DNA from: an uncultured Planctomycetota bacterium
Lineage (GTDB): Bacteria; Planctomycetota; UBA1135; GCA-002686595
NCBI GenBank assembly: GCA_903829565.1
Contig: CAIKQM010000442.1
Coordinates: forward strand, 1 to 26,138
Reading direction: 5' to 3'
Length of the DNA stretch: 26,138 nt
Numbering within the stretch: the first letter of the stretch is position 1; each line of letters starts with the position of its first letter. Under the pieces are notes generated by a model that had not been told where the DNA came from, did no database searches, and saw only the letters and a program-made list of their open reading frames with translations. Shown piece after piece: positions 1 through 8,515 of this stretch. A program made the position numbers and the translations under genes.

Positions 1-540
1 CTTCCGCAGGTGGCCGAGCGCGCACGCTTGATGCGTGCCTGGCCTCATCAGTTGGGCTTGGGTGGTTGGCTGGCTGCTCTGGCGGCGCCTTTGGCCGAGG
101 AGTCACCGGCGTTGGTGCTCGAGCGCGCCGAGCGCTTGGCGCAAGGCCTCAAGTGTTCGGGAGAGGAGCAGGCGGTGCTGCTGGATGCTTTGCAGCTTGT
201 GTGCGAGCTGCAGCAGCACCTCGAGCCTGCGGCCACGCCGCCCAGCCGTGCTGTGCGTGTGCGGTGGGCACGCCGCGTAGGCCAGCGTTGTGCTTGGGAA
301 CTGGTCTGCAGGCTACAGCCTGAGTCGCACGTCTTGCGCACCTGGCGGGCCGAAGCAGAGAGTTGGACCGAGGCCGAGGTGCATCCCGCACCGTATGTAC
401 GCGCGGCTGACTTGCTGCAACTGGGTGTTGCTCGTGGCCCTCGCTTGGGCGAGCTGCTGCGCGCCTTGGAAACAGCGCAGCTAGACGGAGTAGTAGGCGA
501 CCGCGAGGCCGCGCTGCGCTTTGTGCAGGATCAGCTCTAG
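1..540 (+). CDS. C-terminal part of a probable CCA tRNA nucleotidyltransferase / poly(A) polymerase family protein (5' truncated by window edge)
   Basis: The frame is open from base 1. It ends in ...VRAADLLQLGVARGPRLGELLRALETAQLDGVVGDREAALRFV, matching the typical class II CCA-adding enzyme C-terminus (G.DL..LG...GP..G..L..L...Q..G.....eeAl). The catalytic head lies outside the window. Confidence 0.7.
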   Translation, partial: LPQVAERARLMRAWPHQLGLGGWLAALAAPLAEESPALVLERAERLAQGLKCSGEEQAVLLDALQLVCELQQHLEPAATPPSRAVRVRWARRVGQRCAWELVCRLQPESHVLRTWRAEAESWTEAEVHPAPYVRAADLLQLGVARGPRLGELLRALETAQLDGVVGDREAALRFVQDQL

Positions 541-554
541 CACTCTGCCCACAC

Positions 555-1469
555 TTAACTAGGCGGTGCGATGCGGCGCAACGACTTGGCCACCCAATAA
601 CCGCTCAAGATACAGGCCGCCGCAAGCCATGCGGACCAGCTCTGTTCGTTCTCTTTGATCGTGGCCAAGGTCATCGCCGCCAGCAGCAACAACATGCGAC
701 GCAGCACGGCCCCCATGGCGGCCTCGACGAGCTTCGGCTGTGCGAGTCGGCCTGTGGCTAAATGCTGCACCAAACCGCTGGCCCCAAGCACGACCAAGAT
801 GGCCGCACACAGGCGCGGCAACCACAAGTCTGCGCCTAGCCAGCCGACCCCGCCGGCCGCCAGCAACAGCAAGGTGCTGACTGTCAACCACACTTGCGGC
901 GCGCGTCCGGTCTCATCGCGCGCTTCGCCATCTTCGAAGCGCCCCAGGCGTCCGATCGCGTAGACATAGCCCGCGTAGATGCTGACCGCAGCCAAGGTCA
1001 CTGGCTCTGTCAAGGAGCCGCAACGCCACGCTGCTGCTCCCAGGTTGCCGCCGCGACACGCGGCCAACAGGCTGGGGCCGAGCCACGGTCCGCGTCCTGC
1101 CAAGGTGTACAGCAAGGCCAGAGCGGCGATGCCGGCCATCCACATGGTCGAGAGTGTGCCGAGCTGTGCTGCGCACAGCACGCCGCCGAGCATGAGAGCC
1201 GCGCCCACAGCAAAGGCCGTCTGCGGCCGCACCGCTCCCGAGGGGATCGGTCGCGTCGGGCGCGTGCGCGCATCATGCTCGCGATCACGCCAATCGTTCA
1301 ACGCCAGCGCGCCGTGGTAGATCCCTACAGAAGCACCTGCTTGCCACAGCAGCGGTTCCCAACCCGGAAACACACCGTGGTAGGCGAGCCAAGTACCCGC
1401 AATGGCATCGGCCAGCGCTCCGGGCAGGAGCGAGATGCGCACCAACGCGAGTAGAGGCTGCACGCGCAT
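555..1469 (-). CDS. UbiA-superfamily membrane prenyltransferase, EboC-like
   Basis: Multi-TM protein with the first Asp-rich motif LNDWRDREHDARTRPTRPIPSG. GPSLLAACRGGN and YVYAIGRLGRFEDGE resemble the EboC-type segments GP..M..CRG.N and Y...iT..sR.E. Starts 4 nt after the rseP stop. Confidence 0.8.
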   Translation of the reverse strand: MRVQPLLALVRISLLPGALADAIAGTWLAYHGVFPGWEPLLWQAGASVGIYHGALALNDWRDREHDARTRPTRPIPSGAVRPQTAFAVGAALMLGGVLCAAQLGTLSTMWMAGIAALALLYTLAGRGPWLGPSLLAACRGGNLGAAAWRCGSLTEPVTLAAVSIYAGYVYAIGRLGRFEDGEARDETGRAPQVWLTVSTLLLLAAGGVGWLGADLWLPRLCAAILVVLGASGLVQHLATGRLAQPKLVEAAMGAVLRRMLLLLAAMTLATIKENEQSWSAWLAAACILSGYWVAKSLRRIAPPS

Positions 1470-1473
1470 GCGT

Positions 1474-3330
1474 TCAGGTGAAGAACCAGCGCACCACGTC
1501 GTTGAAGGTGACCCACACCATCAAGCTGACGACCAGCGCAACACCTACCGTTTGGCTCCAACCCATGACGCGATCCGAGACGGGGGACCCTTTGACCTTC
1601 TCTACCAAGAGGAAGAACAAGTGCCCGCCATCCAGCACGGGGATGGGCAACACATTCAAGAAGGCCAGGTTGAGGCTCAGGATGCACAGGAAGAAGAAGA
1701 ACTTCGCCAAGCCATACTCCGCGAAGCTATGCGACACCACGCCGATCGTGATGATGCCGCCCACATTCGAGCTGCCCACATTGCCAAGCACGAGCCCCTT
1801 CAAGACGCGCGCGGTTTCGGTGAGGAACTTCCAGCTGGATTGCAGGCCGATGGCGACCGCATCCAGCGGGCCGGTGGCGCGCACCGTGTGACGCGCTTCT
1901 TCGAGCGCGAAGCCTGCATCCCAGGTGGTCCACGAAGCGATGGCGACGGTGACTTGTAGCTCGCGCTCCACACCTTGTGCGTCGGTACGAGCCAGTGTCC
2001 AAGTCCGCGCTTCATTGCCCGCGTTTTGAGTGGCTTGCCGCAAGGCTTCAAAGTCCGCTACACGGGCTTCGCCGATCTTGACGATGCGGTCGCCGTTGAG
2101 GACTCCGGCCTGGGCTGCTGCGCCACCGGCCCGCGCCCACACGCGGTTGGAGCCCGAAGCCTGTCCTAGCGCGATGCACTTAACGAAACGCGCGGCTGAA
2201 GTGCTGTCCAAAGTACTGGACAGGCGCAGCACGCTATCTTCGCGCTCGATGACCAACTCGACCGCGCCGCTTGCTTGTGACAAGGCCCGATCGAGATCGT
2301 AGTGCTGCAGAATCCACTGCCCGTTCACTTGGCGCAGGCGATCGCCCACACGCAGGTCCAAGCCCTGCAGGCCATCGACATCACGCAGCCCCAAGACTTG
2401 GTTCCAAGCCGGTGAAACACCTGCAATCGGCTTGTCTGCGATGGTCGTAGAGGTCGGCGGCACGACAACGCTGCGCTGGGTACCGTCCACGCCGGCGACT
2501 TGCAGGCGCAACTCTTCCCCACGCGCCAAGCGATCGCTCAGGGCTTCAAAGACCGAGAGCGTGGCGGGGGCTCCGTCCACAGCAACGATGCGCTCGCCAC
2601 TCACCAAGCCTGCCGCTTCGGCTGCACCGGCCTTGCTGACGACGATGCGTGCTTGCGGATCCGGCATGGGTGTCAGGCCCGCGGTGTAGAGCTTCATCTG
2701 CTCGTTCCACTCGGGGCGCAGTTGCACCTCGCGCGGAGCGCTTTCGCCCGGCAGCAAAACGGTCAGAGTCGCAGCCTCAGGCGCGCGCAACGCGACTGCG
2801 GTCGGGATGTCCGCAAAGCCACGCATCGGCTCGTCATCGACGGCGAGCACGCGTGTGCCTGCAGGCAAGCCCGCCTTCCATGCGGCAGAACCAGGCTCGG
2901 CCGGGCCCAGCAACGGCTCAGGGAAGGGCACACCAATCGCGAACACGATGGGGAACACCACCATCGCGAACACGAGGTTCATCAGCACACCGCCCGAGAA
3001 GATCAAGAAGCGCGCGCCCACACTCTTGGCGCGCAAGTCATCGCTTTCAGTCGCGTTGGCACCGGTCTGCGCTGCTGCAGGCTCGCCTTCCGTGGGTCCG
3101 CCTTCGCCCTTCATCTGCACATAGCCGCCCAACGGCACAGCGGCCAGCTGGTAGGTCGTGTCGCCACGCTTCCAACCAAACAACTTGGGACCAAAGCCCA
3201 AGCTGAAGGTCTCCACGCGCACACCGCACCGACGCGCGGCAAGGAAGTGGCCTAGTTCGTGCACGAAGATGACGAGCCCGATGCCGAAAGCGACGAGCAA
3301 GATGCGGCTGATGTCAGAGATCCAGTCCAT
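1474..3330 (-). CDS. rseP: RIP (site-2) zinc metalloprotease RseP with multiple PDZ domains
   Basis: HELGH zinc motif, FSLGFGP, GGYVQM, GGVLMN, and C-terminal NLAFLNVLPIPVLDGGH. Lies directly downstream of dxr (classic synteny). Confidence 0.95.
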   Translation of the reverse strand: MDWISDISRILLVAFGIGLVIFVHELGHFLAARRCGVRVETFSLGFGPKLFGWKRGDTTYQLAAVPLGGYVQMKGEGGPTEGEPAAAQTGANATESDDLRAKSVGARFLIFSGGVLMNLVFAMVVFPIVFAIGVPFPEPLLGPAEPGSAAWKAGLPAGTRVLAVDDEPMRGFADIPTAVALRAPEAATLTVLLPGESAPREVQLRPEWNEQMKLYTAGLTPMPDPQARIVVSKAGAAEAAGLVSGERIVAVDGAPATLSVFEALSDRLARGEELRLQVAGVDGTQRSVVVPPTSTTIADKPIAGVSPAWNQVLGLRDVDGLQGLDLRVGDRLRQVNGQWILQHYDLDRALSQASGAVELVIEREDSVLRLSSTLDSTSAARFVKCIALGQASGSNRVWARAGGAAAQAGVLNGDRIVKIGEARVADFEALRQATQNAGNEARTWTLARTDAQGVERELQVTVAIASWTTWDAGFALEEARHTVRATGPLDAVAIGLQSSWKFLTETARVLKGLVLGNVGSSNVGGIITIGVVSHSFAEYGLAKFFFFLCILSLNLAFLNVLPIPVLDGGHLFFLLVEKVKGSPVSDRVMGWSQTVGVALVVSLMVWVTFNDVVRWFFT

Positions 3331-3334
3331 GTGC

Positions 3335-4504
3335 TTAGGTGACAGCGCGTGCAGCAGCCGTCTGGTGTACGAGGTTGGCGGTCAACTCGCGCGCTTGCGC
3401 ATCGGCTTGCAGCAGGGCGGAGATGGATTGGTCCAGTCCCGGACGCAGAGTCAGGGCGCGCTCGACCAGGCGCGTGATGTCCGTGAAGCCGATGCGCCCG
3501 GCGAGGAATGCCTCTACAGCTACCTCATCGGCCGCATTCAAGACGGCACCCGCATCGCTGCCTTCGGCGATGACGCGCCAACCCAACGCTAGGGCCGGAA
3601 AGCGTTCTAGATCCGGTGGTTCAAAGCTCAAGTTGGCCATGCTGCGCACGTCAAATCCGGCATACGGCGACGGTGCGCGATCGGGATGATGCAGCGCGTA
3701 GTGGATCGGCACGCGCATGTCCGGCGGGCCCAACTGAGCAATCACGGAACCATCGACGAACTCGACCATCGAATGCACCACCGATTGGGGATGCACCACT
3801 ACCTCGATGCGCTCGCGCTCCAGACCGAACAAGTGGTGGAGTTCGATGATCTCCAAGGCCTTGTTCATCAAGGTCGCGCTGCCGATGGTGATGCGCGGCC
3901 CCATGCGCCAGTTCGGATGGGCCAACGCTTGTTCCACCGTGGTATGCGCGAGGCGTTCACGCGGTGTGGTGCGCAAGGGACCGCCAGAGGCTGTCAAAAT
4001 CACTTTACGCACGCGCTGCATGGACTCGCCGCGCAAGCATTGGAAGACCGCCGAGTGCTCCGAATCCACCGGCACAATCGTGGCCCCGGACTCTTGGGCC
4101 ATGCGCACCAAGTGGGCTCCGGCAACCACCAACGATTCCTTGTTCGCCAGCGCCAGTGTCTTGCCACGTCGCAACACCACTTCGCTGGGAGCCACGCCGG
4201 CAGCACCGACCACTCCATGCACAGCCAAGTCATACTCGGCGATCTGGCACAGCTCGACCAACGCCTCGGGACCTGCCAGCACACTTGTCTCGCGCGGCAC
4301 TTGAGGGCGCAACCACTCCGCGGCCTCGGCATCGAGCAGCGCGACGAAGGGCGGACGGAACTCGTGTACCTGCGCCAACAGCTGCTGCGCATCTTTGCGC
4401 GCCGCCAGACCCACGATGCGTCGGGCCTGAGGATCATTGCGCACGACATCCAACGTCTGGCGACCGATGGAGCCTGTGGAGCCGAGTACGAGGAGTCGTT
4501 GCAT
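3335..4504 (-). CDS. dxr: 1-deoxy-D-xylulose-5-phosphate reductoisomerase (MEP pathway)
   Basis: LGSTGSIG, LALANKESLV, PVDSEHSAVFQ, LTASGGP, HPNWRMGPRITIGSATLMNKALE, LNAADEVAV. The start is placed at ATG 4504 (MQRLLVLG); the longer ORF-track extension overlaps the NUDIX gene on the opposite strand. Confidence 0.97.
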   Translation of the reverse strand: MQRLLVLGSTGSIGRQTLDVVRNDPQARRIVGLAARKDAQQLLAQVHEFRPPFVALLDAEAAEWLRPQVPRETSVLAGPEALVELCQIAEYDLAVHGVVGAAGVAPSEVVLRRGKTLALANKESLVVAGAHLVRMAQESGATIVPVDSEHSAVFQCLRGESMQRVRKVILTASGGPLRTTPRERLAHTTVEQALAHPNWRMGPRITIGSATLMNKALEIIELHHLFGLERERIEVVVHPQSVVHSMVEFVDGSVIAQLGPPDMRVPIHYALHHPDRAPSPYAGFDVRSMANLSFEPPDLERFPALALGWRVIAEGSDAGAVLNAADEVAVEAFLAGRIGFTDITRLVERALTLRPGLDQSISALLQADAQARELTANLVHQTAAARAVT

Positions 4505-4552
4505 GCGCGTGACCGTCCCAGAGTGTAGGTTCTGGGCTAGGATGCTCCCACG

Positions 4553-5056
4553 ATGATCCACGACTCGCGACACTGCTTGCATTGTGGCACGCCCACAGCG
4601 CCACGGGCGATTGAGGGTCGCGACCGCCGCGCCTGCGCCACTTGCGGCTGGGTGCATTGGCTCAATCCCGCTAGCGCTGCCGCGGGGCTGATTCTGGCCG
4701 AGCGGCGCGTGCTGCTGGTGCGCCGCTCCATCCAGCCCTGCGCCGGCCAATGGGCGCTGCCTGCTGGCTATCAAGAGATCGATGAACCCGCTGAGGAGGC
4801 GGCCCGCAGGGAGATCCGTGAGGAATGCGGCCTGGAGGTCGAAATCCAAGGGCTGCACGCCCTTTTGTGGATCCCCAGTCCCCACCGCCCGGCCAATCTG
4901 GCCGTGTTCCGTTGCACACCGACCACCTTTGACCTGCGCCCCGGTCCCGATGTGGAGGACGCCGCGTGGTTCGATCTCGACGCACTGCCGCGGGAATTGG
5001 CCTTTGATAACGGCCCGCAGATCCTGTGGCCGCTACGCGATCAACGACCGGGCTAG
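4553..5056 (+). CDS. NUDIX hydrolase with N-terminal zinc ribbon
   Basis: CLHCG...CATCG zinc ribbon followed by the Nudix box GYQEIDEPAEEAARREIREECGL. Confidence 0.92.
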   Translation: MIHDSRHCLHCGTPTAPRAIEGRDRRACATCGWVHWLNPASAAAGLILAERRVLLVRRSIQPCAGQWALPAGYQEIDEPAEEAARREIREECGLEVEIQGLHALLWIPSPHRPANLAVFRCTPTTFDLRPGPDVEDAAWFDLDALPRELAFDNGPQILWPLRDQRPG

Positions 5057-5136
5057 ATGGCGCGGAACTTATAGGTGACGAAGCTAGCGCCGCCGACTAC
5101 TCTGACGGCGTACCGCAGACCCAAGGAGTGAGTGCC

Positions 5137-6411
5137 GTGAAGCGATCCCTGCTGCTCTTGTCCATCGCCTTCGTCGCCGCCGCTTTCGCGCCGGTCGAGG
5201 AAGTTCTGAAGCCTGCCGACCATGCCGCGCTCGGTAAGAGCATTCAGGCTTGGGTGAAGGCCAGTAACGAGAACAAAGGTATTTCCAAGGCCTACGAAGA
5301 GCTCGCCAAAGAGATTGAGAAGCTCGACAAGAAGGCCAAGCGCAACACGCTCGCCCTGACGGGGGACTTGGGCCGTGCCGTGTGGGCCAGCTACGACTAC
5401 AGCAAGGGGCGCGTCGTCAAGGGCAAGGTGCACAAGGACACGGTGCCCGCCTATTGGGACGACAAGGCCAAGCTCGAGTACGCGGTATGGACGCCGGCCA
5501 AGTACGACCCGCGTCAGGCCTATCCGTTGCTCGTGTGCTTCCCTGATAAGGGTCAGAAGCCCGAGCAGCACCTCATGGAAGACTGGATGGATCCGGGCTT
5601 GCGTGAGAAGGCCGTTTTGCTGTGCATTCCGCTGCCGGAGAACGAAGCGGATTGGAACGACGCCGATGCAGGCGCCAGCAAGCCCACCGGCACAGGCAAT
5701 CTGTTCACCTTGTTGAATGGTCCCGAAGCCATCACGCGCAGCCACGCGATCGACTTCGACAAGATCTTCCTGTGCGGTCGCGGCCAAAGCGTGGGCACGG
5801 CGCTGGTCTTCGGCTCGCGCTTCCCGGATCGTTTTGCCGGCATCATCGGTCGCGCTGGCGACACGCTGGCGGTGACGAACGAGAACTTCCGCAACCTGCC
5901 GACCTTGTTCTGCGGTGCGGGTGCGAACGCTACGGCCTTCCTCGATGCGAACGACAAGCTCGGGTACAAGAACTGCACCGTCAAAGCCGACGGCAACGAA
6001 GCCGATGTGTGGGCCTGGATCGGCGTGCAAAAGCGCGCTGCCAACCCGACAGAAATCGTGCTCTGGCCGGGTGTGCCTTCACCCAAGCGCGCCTACTGGA
6101 TCGAGACCTCGTGGGACGGCCAAGGGACTGCGTGGATCAAGGCCACAGCCGATCGCGCCACGAACACCGTCACCGTCACTGGCGAAGGCGTCACCAAGGT
6201 CACGCTGTACATGAACGATGTGCTGCTGGACCTCGACAAGCCCGTCAAGGTGGTGTGCAACGGGGTGGAGTCGAACAGCACGATCCCGCGCAACCTCGAG
6301 CGCACCATGGGCCTGATCTACAAGGGCCGTAACGACCCGGGCAAGATCTACGTGAACTTCAAGGAGTACGACTTGCCCCCGCCGAAGAAGGACAAGGAAG
6401 CCGGCAAGTGA
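5137..6411 (+). CDS. Secreted alpha/beta-hydrolase-fold protein (esterase/PHB-depolymerase-like), apparently catalytically degenerate
   Basis: GTG at 5137 follows AAGGAG (5123-5128). Signal peptide MKRSLLLLSIAFVAAAFA. The segments VWTPAKYDPRQAYPLLVCF, IDFDKIFLCGRGQSVG and RFPDRFAGII match the hydrolase core. The C-terminal beta domain reads VTLYMNDVLLDLDKPVKVVCNG. Confidence 0.7.
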   Translation: MKRSLLLLSIAFVAAAFAPVEEVLKPADHAALGKSIQAWVKASNENKGISKAYEELAKEIEKLDKKAKRNTLALTGDLGRAVWASYDYSKGRVVKGKVHKDTVPAYWDDKAKLEYAVWTPAKYDPRQAYPLLVCFPDKGQKPEQHLMEDWMDPGLREKAVLLCIPLPENEADWNDADAGASKPTGTGNLFTLLNGPEAITRSHAIDFDKIFLCGRGQSVGTALVFGSRFPDRFAGIIGRAGDTLAVTNENFRNLPTLFCGAGANATAFLDANDKLGYKNCTVKADGNEADVWAWIGVQKRAANPTEIVLWPGVPSPKRAYWIETSWDGQGTAWIKATADRATNTVTVTGEGVTKVTLYMNDVLLDLDKPVKVVCNGVESNSTIPRNLERTMGLIYKGRNDPGKIYVNFKEYDLPPPKKDKEAGK

Positions 6412-8027
6412 CGGGACTGACCGGCGTGCACCGGCCGCATGTGCGCGTGCTGGGCGCGTCTATCGCGTTCTTAGCGGGTGCCGCGACTATGGCGGGCGAG
6501 TTGGCGGCTGTCCGCTTGCTCGCCCCTTGGTTTGGTGCCTCCACGATTGTGTGGACCAATGTGATCGGCGTCGTGTTGTTGGCGCTGTCGCTGGGGTATC
6601 TGCTCGGAGCGCGTTGGGCCAACGGTGCTGCGCCTTGGACGGTGCTGAGTCGAGCGCTGTGTGCGGGAGGCCTTCTGCTCGCTGCCGCACCGCACCTCGT
6701 CGCCTGGTACGCCCAGTGGTTCCTGCCTGCGAACTTGGCTCTGGATGCTGCCGACGGCGTGCTGCAGTGGGGGAGCCTCGCCACCGCGGGCTTGGTGTTC
6801 TTACCCCCTATGGTGGCCTTGGGCTGTGTTTCGCCCTTGATTGTCGAGTGGTGGACACGCGCCACACAGGCCCATGCTGGCAGCGCCGGCGGCTTCGTGC
6901 TGGCCGCCTCCACACTGGGCTCACTGCTCGGAACCTTCGTGGCCACGCATGTGTTGGTGCCGAGCTTGGGCTTGGTCCTGACCTTCACGGTGGCGGGTGG
7001 CGTGCTTGTGCTCGTAGGGGTGATCGTGGCGCTCACGCAGCGCCAGCTGCTGGGTTTGCTGTGGTTGGTGCCGTTGGCGGGCATGGCCACGCATGAGGCT
7101 GTAGCCTCGCCTGCCCCTAGCCCCATCGTGCGCGTCTTGGCGCAAGGTGAGTCCGCGCTGCAAAGCGTGCGCGTGGTCGAGCAAGTGGCCTTAGGTAACC
7201 CGCCGTGGCGCTTTTTGCAGGTCAATGAGAGCTTCGACTCCTTCCAAAGCGTGTGGAGCCCCACCCCCGGCCTGTTGAGCAACGGGTACTACTACGACCT
7301 GTTCGCACTGCCTGTGCTGGCCGAGCCCGCGCGTGAGCGCCTGCACATGGGCATCATTGGCTTGGGAGCCGGCACAGCGTGGCGCGTGGTGGACGGTGTG
7401 CGTCCCGCCAGCATGCAGCTGACGGGTGAAGGTGCCGAACTCGATCCTTTGGTGGTCGAGTATGCGCACACCTACCTCGATTTGCCGCGCGATGGCACAC
7501 GCTTGCGCGTCTTGTCCGGTGTCGATGGACGCATGTACCTGCAGCACGCAGCCCGGAGCGTGGATGTGCTGGTGGTGGATGCCTATCGCAACCAAACCGA
7601 GATTCCGGCTCATTTGGCCACGTTGGAGTTTTGGACGCTCTGTCAAAACCGTTTGACAGAAGGTGGTTGGTTGCTGGCCAATGTGGGCTCGTTCGGCTTG
7701 CAGGATCCGCTTCTCCAGGCCTTGGCGCGCACGCTAGCGCAAGCCTTTGGGGCCGAAGTGCATGTGTGGCGCGTGCCCTTTGCGCGCAACGCGGTGCTGA
7801 TTGCACGCAAGCACGCGCAGGTTCCGGATCCGGCGCACTTGGTGACTGGCAACGAGAGCTTTGATGCCTTGTTGCGCGCCATCGCCCGACCGGAGATGCA
7901 CTGCGTGGTGGCGCCGCCTGCAACGCTCGAATCCGTGCTCAGCGATGACTGCGCGCCGCTCGAGGCCTTGGGTGCGCGTTCGCTGTCCAGGGCACGGGCT
8001 GTGGCGCGCGGAGAGGTCGCGCCTTGA
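6408..8027 (+). CDS. Membrane-fused spermidine-synthase-like SAM-dependent methyltransferase ('fused MFS/spermidine synthase' family)
   Basis: About 7 N-terminal TM helices (ELAAVRLLAPWFGASTIVWTNVIGVVLLALSLGY, STLGSLLGTF), then a Rossmann MTase domain: GIIGLGAG, ELDPLVV, DGRMYL, DVLVVDAY, IPAHLATLEF. GTGA overlap with the upstream stop. Confidence 0.85.
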   Translation: MTGLTGVHRPHVRVLGASIAFLAGAATMAGELAAVRLLAPWFGASTIVWTNVIGVVLLALSLGYLLGARWANGAAPWTVLSRALCAGGLLLAAAPHLVAWYAQWFLPANLALDAADGVLQWGSLATAGLVFLPPMVALGCVSPLIVEWWTRATQAHAGSAGGFVLAASTLGSLLGTFVATHVLVPSLGLVLTFTVAGGVLVLVGVIVALTQRQLLGLLWLVPLAGMATHEAVASPAPSPIVRVLAQGESALQSVRVVEQVALGNPPWRFLQVNESFDSFQSVWSPTPGLLSNGYYYDLFALPVLAEPARERLHMGIIGLGAGTAWRVVDGVRPASMQLTGEGAELDPLVVEYAHTYLDLPRDGTRLRVLSGVDGRMYLQHAARSVDVLVVDAYRNQTEIPAHLATLEFWTLCQNRLTEGGWLLANVGSFGLQDPLLQALARTLAQAFGAEVHVWRVPFARNAVLIARKHAQVPDPAHLVTGNESFDALLRAIARPEMHCVVAPPATLESVLSDDCAPLEALGARSLSRARAVARGEVAP

Positions 8028-8464
8028 GCTGGCTCGTGAGTGCTGTCTTGGTGTGTGCCGCCTCGGCCCATCCTCAGGCCGATCCGCAGGCTGAGGCTTG
8101 GCAACAGCGCGTGTACGCTGCGTGGACAGCGGGGGACTTGTACACCGCTCGTCAACTGGCCTTGACAGCCGGTGTGGCGCATCCCAACGACGCACTGCTG
8201 GCGGAGTATGAGTTGCAGCTCGCTGTGGCACTCAGCGATGGCCAAGGCGCAGCGACTGCGTTGCAGCGGCTCAAGACCAGCGCCACCTCGACCTCTGCGG
8301 AGCGCTTGCTCGCGCTGGAAGCGCAAGTGACCGAGCTCGTTGCGCGTGATGGTGACGGCGAGCAGAGCGTGCAGCGGGCGCAAGTGGCGTGCGCAGCCTT
8401 GGCCTTGGTGACGCTCGTCTTGGCGTGGCTAGGGCTGGCTAAAGCAACTGCCCGCCCGGGGTAG
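8024..8464 (+). CDS. Hypothetical helical (TPR-like) protein with N-terminal signal and C-terminal TM helix
   Basis: TTG start overlaps the upstream TGA, with GGAGAGG upstream. Hydrophobic N-terminus, Ala/Leu-rich helical core (…HPNDALLAEYELQLAVAL…), and a C-terminal hydrophobic segment. Confidence 0.6.
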   Translation: MSWLVSAVLVCAASAHPQADPQAEAWQQRVYAAWTAGDLYTARQLALTAGVAHPNDALLAEYELQLAVALSDGQGAATALQRLKTSATSTSAERLLALEAQVTELVARDGDGEQSVQRAQVACAALALVTLVLAWLGLAKATARPG

Positions 8465-8492
8465 TCCCCGAGCGGGCAGCGTAGTGATGCTA

Positions 8493-8506
8493 GCCGCAGC
8501 TGCGGC
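8493..8506. terminator. Possible bidirectional terminator hairpin between convergent genes
   Basis: Perfect 14-bp palindrome GCCGCAGCTGCGGC between the stops at 8464 and 8516. It has no U-tract, so the support is weak. Confidence 0.25.
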
Positions 8507-8515
8507 CACGCCAGG

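Noticed and set aside
4505-4885. 127-aa N-terminal extension of the 516-aa Dxr ORF
   Set aside because: It overlaps the clear NUDIX gene on the opposite strand. Dxr homology starts at MQRLLVLGSTGSIG.
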